From assembly GCA_001889965.1 (NCBI GenBank), contig MOEI01000006.1, forward strand, positions 17,494-81,493: a DNA stretch of 64,000 bases. The letters are read 5' to 3'. Below, one piece after another: positions 58,392-64,000 of the stretch (position 1 is its first letter; each line of letters opens with the position of its first letter). Source of the DNA: a bacterium CG10_46_32. GTDB lineage: Bacteria > Patescibacteriota > Patescibacteriia > UBA2169. The notes below the pieces were generated by a model. That model was not told where the DNA came from. It ran no database searches and saw only the letters and a program-made list of their open reading frames with translations. The position numbers and the translations under genes were made by a program.

Positions 58392-60252
58392 TATTTTTTT
58401 TCCGAGCGATGCAATAAAAAATCAAGCGCATATAACCGAAGATGAATACAATCGGTTGTATGCAGAATCTCTGGGCGATCCAGAGGCTTTTTGGGATAGG
58501 GTTGCGCGCACCGAGCTTGAATGGTTTTCCCCATGGGAAATGGTTTTGGATTGGCAGTATCCACAGTACAAATGGTTCGTCGGCGGCAAGCTTAATATTA
58601 CGCATAACTGCCTTGATCGCCATGTTAACGGAATCAATAAGTACAAAAAAGCCTTTATCCATATTGATGAAGAAGGTGTGGAGACTTCGGTGACGTATAT
58701 GGAGCTCTTGGAGCGTGTAAATAGATGTGCAAATGCGTTACGTTCTTTGGGGGTAGCAAAAGGCGATCGCGTGGTTTTATATATGCCGCTGGTTATAGAG
58801 CAGGTTGTGGTAATGCTCGCCTGTGCGCGCATTGGTGCTGTTCATTCTGTGGTGTTTGCAGGTTTGAGCGATAAAGCCTTGCGCGAGAGAATTGTAGACT
58901 CAGAAGCGAAGGTTGTTATTACTGCAAATTGGACTAAGCGGCGTGGCAAAAAAATAGACCTCAAGGGTGTTGTTGGGCGTGCAACCGAGGGCTTAGACAC
59001 TGTTCAGAGCATTGTGGTGCTTGTGCGGGATGGCGATGCGTGCGAACTGCACACAAAAGAAGTTAATTTTGATGATATTGTAGCAAAACAATCCGCAGTA
59101 TGCGTACCCGTGCCCATGGATTCGGAGGATCCGCTTTTTGTGCTGTATACATCTGGATCTACCGGTAAACCAAAAGGCATCGTGCATACTACAGGCGGGT
59201 ACAGCGTGTATACGCATTACACCACTAAAATTGTTTTTGATTTAAAAGATAACGATACGTACTGGTGCACTGCCGATCCGGGATGGATTACCGGACATAG
59301 TTATGTGGTGTATGGCCCGCTTTCTATAGGCGCCACATCTCTCTTAGTTGAGGGTGCTCCTGATTACCCTAAGCCAGACCGATGGTGGGAGATTATTGCA
59401 AAGTATCATGTGAATATTTTTTATACATCGCCGACAGCTATTCGTCTCTTGCGCAAGCATGGTGAGCAGTATGTGTCGCCCCATGATCTTAGTTCGTTAC
59501 GTGTTCTTGGAACCGTTGGAGAGCCAATTAGCGAAGAGGTATGGGGGTGGTTTTATGAGCGCATTGGAAAAGGCAGGTGTGTGCTTATTGATACCTGGTG
59601 GCAGACTGAAACAGGCGGGCATATGATTGTTTCTTTGCCTTCGTTGCCGCAAAAGCCAGGTATTGCAGGCAGGCCGTTTTTTGGTATTGAGGCGGATGTT
59701 GTCGATGTTCAAGGTACGCGCCTGCGTGATGGTGAAAAAGGGCTTTTAGTAATACGTAAGCCATGGCCTTCGGCGTTGCGCACCTGTTGGAATGATGAAG
59801 AGCGGTTCGAGCAGTATTGGAGCGAGATTAAAGGTGTGTATTGTGCCGGTGATTTAGCTATTAGAGATTCGGACGGATATATTAAAATCATCGGCCGCAG
59901 CGATGATGTGATTAATATTTCTGGGCACCGGATTGGCACTGCGGAGGCAGAGAGCGCAATTGGAACGCACCCGGCGGTTGCGGAAGTTGCGGTTATCGCA
60001 AAATCGCACGAAATAAAAGGGCAGGCTATTAAGGCGTTTGTGGTGCTAAAATCAGGCCACAGCGAGTCCGACCAATTACGTAATGAGATTAAGCTCCAAG
60101 TGAAGAGTGAAATAGGTTCGTACGCGGTTCCAGAGGAGGTTGTGTTTGTTCCGACATTGCCTAAAACGAGAAGCGGGAAAATAATGCGCCGCGTTTTGCG
60201 CGCACAAGAATCTGGAGAAGATGTTGGGGATTTGTCTACGATCGAGGACTAG
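58384..60252 (+). CDS. acs: Acetyl-coenzyme A synthetase (acetate--CoA ligase)
   Basis: N-terminal FWDRVARTELEWFSPWEMVLDW...KWFVGGKLNITHNCLDRHV, YTSGSTGKPKG, and the C-terminal PKTRSGKIMRRVLR. Confidence 0.85.
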   Translation: MPDIFFPSDAIKNQAHITEDEYNRLYAESLGDPEAFWDRVARTELEWFSPWEMVLDWQYPQYKWFVGGKLNITHNCLDRHVNGINKYKKAFIHIDEEGVETSVTYMELLERVNRCANALRSLGVAKGDRVVLYMPLVIEQVVVMLACARIGAVHSVVFAGLSDKALRERIVDSEAKVVITANWTKRRGKKIDLKGVVGRATEGLDTVQSIVVLVRDGDACELHTKEVNFDDIVAKQSAVCVPVPMDSEDPLFVLYTSGSTGKPKGIVHTTGGYSVYTHYTTKIVFDLKDNDTYWCTADPGWITGHSYVVYGPLSIGATSLLVEGAPDYPKPDRWWEIIAKYHVNIFYTSPTAIRLLRKHGEQYVSPHDLSSLRVLGTVGEPISEEVWGWFYERIGKGRCVLIDTWWQTETGGHMIVSLPSLPQKPGIAGRPFFGIEADVVDVQGTRLRDGEKGLLVIRKPWPSALRTCWNDEERFEQYWSEIKGVYCAGDLAIRDSDGYIKIIGRSDDVINISGHRIGTAEAESAIGTHPAVAEVAVIAKSHEIKGQAIKAFVVLKSGHSESDQLRNEIKLQVKSEIGSYAVPEEVVFVPTLPKTRSGKIMRRVLRAQESGEDVGDLSTIED

Positions 60253-61199
60253 ACGTTGTAGTACTCCTTATACCAATCCACAAATTTTTTAATTCCCTCA
60301 TCCAAACGCGTCTTGGGTAGAAACCCTAAGTCGCGTTTTGCCTTATCTATATCTGCAAAGTTTTCTAAAAAGTCTCCCGCTTGCATAGGGAGAAGATTTT
60401 TTTGCGCTTTTTTGCCGAGACCTTCTTCAATCAAGCTAATCATGGTTCCAAGCTCTTCACTTTGATGGTTGCCGAGATTGTAGATTTCGTAGGTGTGTGG
60501 ATTATCAATCGCTGCGAGCGTGCCTGCTACAATATCATCCACAAACGTAAAATCCCGTTTCATATTGCCGTTGTTGTATACATCAATAGGCTTGCCTTGG
60601 GTGATAGCATGTGCCCATTTAAAGTACGCCATATCCGGCCTGCCCCAAGGGCCGTACACCGTAAAAAATCGCAATGCAATCATATTAAGTCCATACAGTT
60701 TATGGTAGGTGTATGCAAATAGTTCAGTAGCTTTTTTTGATGCACCATAGGGATTAATCTGCTCATTCGTTTCTTGGGATTCGCTCCAAGGAACGGGGTT
60801 TGCGCCGTATACGGAAGAGCTGGACGCGAACACAATATTTTTCACGTCGTGGCTGCGTGCTGCTTCAAAAATGTTTATTGTGCCTTTCACGTTTGTTTCT
60901 ATGTATTCATCCGGGTGGTCAATGGAGTAGCGTGCGCCTGCCTGTGCCGCAAGGTGGCAGATAGTGTCAATTTTTTCTTTGTCACATACATCATTGAGTG
61001 CCTTTTGATCAGTTATGTCTGTGCGGTAGATTTTGAAGTGTTCGTATTTCTCCAGAATCGCATTACGGTCTTCTTTGAGTTTGGGATCGTAATACGAATT
61101 AAAATTATCAATGCCAATCACAACATCGCCGCGCTCAAGCAGTGCGCGGGATACATGGAATCCGATAAATCCGGCAGGGCCGGTTACTAGTATAGTCAT
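60249..61199 (-). CDS. UDP-glucuronate 4-epimerase-like NAD-dependent epimerase (CapI/Cap1J/LpsL family)
   Basis: ILVTGPAGFIGFHV, YYDPKLK, YGASK, RFFTVYGPWGRPDMA. I took the ATG at 61199 as the start because the ORF track's first codon at 61220 is TTG. Confidence 0.65.
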   Translation of the reverse strand: MTILVTGPAGFIGFHVSRALLERGDVVIGIDNFNSYYDPKLKEDRNAILEKYEHFKIYRTDITDQKALNDVCDKEKIDTICHLAAQAGARYSIDHPDEYIETNVKGTINIFEAARSHDVKNIVFASSSSVYGANPVPWSESQETNEQINPYGASKKATELFAYTYHKLYGLNMIALRFFTVYGPWGRPDMAYFKWAHAITQGKPIDVYNNGNMKRDFTFVDDIVAGTLAAIDNPHTYEIYNLGNHQSEELGTMISLIEEGLGKKAQKNLLPMQAGDFLENFADIDKAKRDLGFLPKTRLDEGIKKFVDWYKEYYNV

Positions 61200-61299
61200 A
61201 AAAATAATGTCAAATATCAAAATTAAAAGTTCAAATGAATACTAAATGACAAATGATTTAACATTTTGATTTTGGATTTGATTTGGTATTTGAGCTTTG

Positions 61300-62232
61300 T
61301 CATTTGGATTTAAAATATTCAATGGTTTTTTGTAATCCAGCCTCAAGATCAATACTCGGCTGCCATGTTAGTTTTTCTTGGGCGAGCGAGATGTCTGGCT
61401 TTCGGCGATGCGGATCATCCGAAGGCAGGGGCTTACATGTCAATTCTGATTTTGAGTTCGTCAGACGAATGATGGTTTCAGCCAAAGATCGCATAGTAAT
61501 TTCAGCAGGGTTGCCAAGGTTCACCGGACCGGTAAATTTTGCATCATTATTGATCATGGTAATTAAGCCGGAAACCATATCATCAACATAGCAGAAACTA
61601 CGCGTTTGGTCACCAGTGCCGTAGATTGTAATTGGTTCATTAGCAAGGGATTGGAGTACGAAGTTTGGAACGACCCGACCATCATTTTTTGCCATTCTTG
61701 GGCCATAGGTGTTAAAGATGCGCACCACGCGGATAGCCACGTTTTCTTGCCTATGGTAGGCGAATGAGAGCGCCTCTGCCGCGCGCTTGCCCTCGTCGTA
61801 ACAGCTTCGCTCTCCAATGGGGTTTACATTGCCCCAGTATTTTTCGTTCTGCGGATGCTCCAGTGGGTCGCCATAGATTTCCGAGGTTGATGTGTACAGG
61901 ATTGTTGCGTTTTTTCGCATTGCCAAATCAAGAAGATTTTTTGTGCCAATGAACGCGGTACTCAGCGTTTTGATTGGATTTTTTTGGTAGTGGACCGGCG
62001 CGGCAGGGCAGGCAAGATGATATATCTGATCAAGCGCATCCCCGACTTTTATAGGCTCTTCAATATCCTGTTTAACAAATACAAAATTTTCGTTATCAAT
62101 AAACGAGAGCATGTTTTTCATGGCACCGGTTTGGAAATTGTCTATGCCGAGCACGCGATGGCCTTCGTTTAAAAGCTTTTCAGTTAAGTGGCTGCCGATA
62201 AATCCGGCACAGCCGGTAACAAGTATGGTCAT
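61300..62232 (-). CDS. uxs: UDP-glucuronate decarboxylase (UDP-xylose synthase, UXS/ArnA-C-like)
   Basis: ILVTGCAGFIGSHL, TSTSEIYGDP, YDEGKRAAE, RIFNTYGPRM. Confidence 0.8.
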   Translation of the reverse strand: MTILVTGCAGFIGSHLTEKLLNEGHRVLGIDNFQTGAMKNMLSFIDNENFVFVKQDIEEPIKVGDALDQIYHLACPAAPVHYQKNPIKTLSTAFIGTKNLLDLAMRKNATILYTSTSEIYGDPLEHPQNEKYWGNVNPIGERSCYDEGKRAAEALSFAYHRQENVAIRVVRIFNTYGPRMAKNDGRVVPNFVLQSLANEPITIYGTGDQTRSFCYVDDMVSGLITMINNDAKFTGPVNLGNPAEITMRSLAETIIRLTNSKSELTCKPLPSDDPHRRKPDISLAQEKLTWQPSIDLEAGLQKTIEYFKSK

Positions 62233-63419
62233 AAGGTCTTTGATTGGGGTGTTCGGGGTTGCACATCTTTCAAAATTGAAACATTTTTATTAACAAAATC
62301 TTCAAGCGTGAATTGTGTAACAGTTTGCCGTGCGTTTTCGCCTAGTTGTTGTCGCAGCTCCGAATCATCCAAAAGTTTTGTTATAGCCGCTGCAATCTGC
62401 TCTTTGTTGTTGTAGTGCACCAGTATACCATTTTTGTTATTCACTAATTCCGGATTACCGCCTGCTCTGGTGGTTACAACCGGCAGACCTGCTGCCATTG
62501 CCTCAAGCAAAACATTAGACATGCTCTCGTAGAACGTGTTGAGGCTGAACACATCAGCTACTGCATAGAGCTTTTGCTTTTCTCGCGGGTCAGTAACGTT
62601 ACCTAGGAATATGACTGAATCGTTTAGGTTTTGGCCAATAGTCAGTTTTTTAAGCTCTTGTTCACTTGGACCTGTGCCTGCAATCGCTAGGCTCGTATCC
62701 GGATGCTCGCGTAGCACATCATGCATGCTCTCAATCAATAGGGAGACGCCTTTCCATGGAACCAGGCGCGCCATGGTCATAATTACATTTGTTTTAAGCC
62801 CATTTTTTTTCTTGAAATCTTCTTTGTCAAAATCTGTATGCTCAAGAGCAGAAATTGGGTTTCTGATAACCCTAACTTTGTTTGCATCGCTATTGATATT
62901 GTTGAGAAAGTTTTTAAGAAATTCACTGTCCGTGATAATTTGTTGGCTGGTTTTTAGAATGAAGTTTCTGCGCCATAGTAAAAGCCGAGTCCATAAGCCA
63001 TGGGGCTTGTTTTGAAAGTCCGTAATATTATCCGAAGTTTTTTCTGCGTTGAACGCGCTTTCCCATACTGAATCCCCACTGAACCTTTGGATCATTGGCT
63101 TGCGTAATAGGTGTGCGGCAATTGCAGCACCAAATCCACTGGAGTAGGTATCAAGGGAATAGATGATATCAGATTTGCGGGCTAGGTTGATTGTTTTAAC
63201 AATCATTACCAATAGCCGCAGGGGCTGGGGAATGCTAAAAGATACGCGCGCAACAGAAAATGGCCGATTGATTGTATCATCCCCACCAAATGTTAGTACG
63301 ATAGATTTGTACCCATTGTTGCTAAGCGCGGTTGCAAGTTGTTCAACAATTTTCCCAGGCCCGCCAATAGCAGGAGGAAACACGCCCGTGCAGAATAAAA
63401 TTCGCGGCTGTCCGGCCAT
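62229..63419 (-). CDS. Glycosyltransferase family 1 (GT4)
   Basis: C-terminal ESMSNVLLEAMAAGLPVVTTRAGGNPELV. Confidence 0.75.
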   Translation of the reverse strand: MAGQPRILFCTGVFPPAIGGPGKIVEQLATALSNNGYKSIVLTFGGDDTINRPFSVARVSFSIPQPLRLLVMIVKTINLARKSDIIYSLDTYSSGFGAAIAAHLLRKPMIQRFSGDSVWESAFNAEKTSDNITDFQNKPHGLWTRLLLWRRNFILKTSQQIITDSEFLKNFLNNINSDANKVRVIRNPISALEHTDFDKEDFKKKNGLKTNVIMTMARLVPWKGVSLLIESMHDVLREHPDTSLAIAGTGPSEQELKKLTIGQNLNDSVIFLGNVTDPREKQKLYAVADVFSLNTFYESMSNVLLEAMAAGLPVVTTRAGGNPELVNNKNGILVHYNNKEQIAAAITKLLDDSELRQQLGENARQTVTQFTLEDFVNKNVSILKDVQPRTPQSKTL

Positions 63420-63422
63420 ACG

Positions 63423-63977
63423 TTATCTTCCTGCTCCCGAGAGCACGGTTTTAATGGTTTTGAGGATGATGGTTAAATCCAAAAACAAGGATCGGTTTTT
63501 AATGTAGTACAAATCATACTGCAGTTTTTTAAGGGAATCCTGTTTGCTCGCGGAGTGATATTCCCCGGAAATTTGATCCCAGCCAGTAAGTCCTGGCTTT
63601 ACGAGCAGGCGTTCGCGGTAGAAGGGCACGTCCTGTTCTAGTTGTTCCACAAATTCAGGACGTTCTGGCCTGGGGCCTACAAAGCTCATTTCTCCGCGGA
63701 AGATGTTCCATAGTTGAGGGATTTCATCAAGCCTGGTTTTCCGCAGGAATCTGCCTACCGGGGTTATGCGGATATCGTCTTTTTTTGCCCACTGAGGGCC
63801 ATGTTTTTCCGCATCAGCAACCATTGTTCGGAATTTAATGGCAGTAAATGATTTTCCATTTTTTCCGAGGCGCAACTGTTTAAAGAATATTGGCGTTCCG
63901 GATGTTGTAAGAATCAGGAGCCCAATGGGCGGAATTAAGAGCAGGAACACAGCGCCTGCTAAAAAAGCCACTATCAC
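63423..63977 (-). CDS. Small polyprenyl-phosphate sugar phosphotransferase (PglC/WbaP C-terminal-domain type initiating PGT)
   Basis: N-terminal TM hairpin, then KFRTM...DEIPQLWNIFRGEMSFVGPRPERPEF. Length is 184 aa. Confidence 0.85.
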   Translation of the reverse strand: MIVAFLAGAVFLLLIPPIGLLILTTSGTPIFFKQLRLGKNGKSFTAIKFRTMVADAEKHGPQWAKKDDIRITPVGRFLRKTRLDEIPQLWNIFRGEMSFVGPRPERPEFVEQLEQDVPFYRERLLVKPGLTGWDQISGEYHSASKQDSLKKLQYDLYYIKNRSLFLDLTIILKTIKTVLSGAGR

Positions 63978-64000
63978 GTCTGTGAGGCGTTTTCCGAGGT

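Noticed and set aside
60249-61220. ORF-track start at 61220 (MIFDIIFM...) for the minus-strand epimerase
   Set aside because: The first codon there is TTG, read from the sequence. The ATG at 61199 gives the canonical N-terminus MTILVTGPAGFIG of NAD-dependent epimerases.

Overview
The window is a densely packed, almost entirely co-directional glycan biosynthesis island. About 58 plus-strand genes run from 1 to 60252, followed by 4 minus-strand genes from 60249 to 64000. Intergenic spacers are tiny and many start/stop codons overlap. I found no rRNA, tRNA, CRISPR array, transposase or integrase. Family calls rest on motifs I could read in the translations, for example P-loops, GT-B EX7E regions and PLP, SAM and NAD folds. 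I could run no database searches. The contents are: (i) at least eight GT-B/GT-A glycosyltransferases, a GtrA-like protein, a PglC-like initiating phosphoglycosyl transferase and an MsbA/PglK-like ABC exporter; (ii) two sets of nonulosonic (sialic-like) acid genes, one Pse-like (PseB/C/H/I/F plus a candidate PseG) and one Leg/Neu-like (dehydratase, NeuC, NeuB, NeuA), together with two WbpG-type N-acetyl-sugar amidotransferases flanking HisH/HisF homologues; (iii) a decoration toolkit of five SAM methyltransferases, an NodU/CmcH carbamoyltransferase, two NodB deacetylases and an AsnB amidotransferase; (iv) an AcpS + adenylating ligase + carrier protein + GNAT-like module; (v) a self-contained sulfation module made of a sulfotransferase, a single 930-aa polypeptide fusing a pyruvate-kinase-like domain to ATP sulfurylase and APS kinase, a PQ-loop/SemiSWEET-like protein and CysQ; (vi) a membrane-anchored CotH-kinase-like protein with a C-terminal beta-helix, followed by a VTC/CYTH-like protein and a DUF4956 membrane protein, preceded by an orphan P-loop protein. 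Smaller features are a textbook sigma70-type promoter (TTGACA-17-TATAGT) in front of an excisionase-family HTH gene embedded in the cluster, and a 150-bp spacer forming a long nested imperfect hairpin. Gene compactness, the weak or absent Shine-Dalgarno sequences and the operonic architecture suggest a small-genome, possibly uncultivated bacterium. I cannot assign taxonomy from the sequence.
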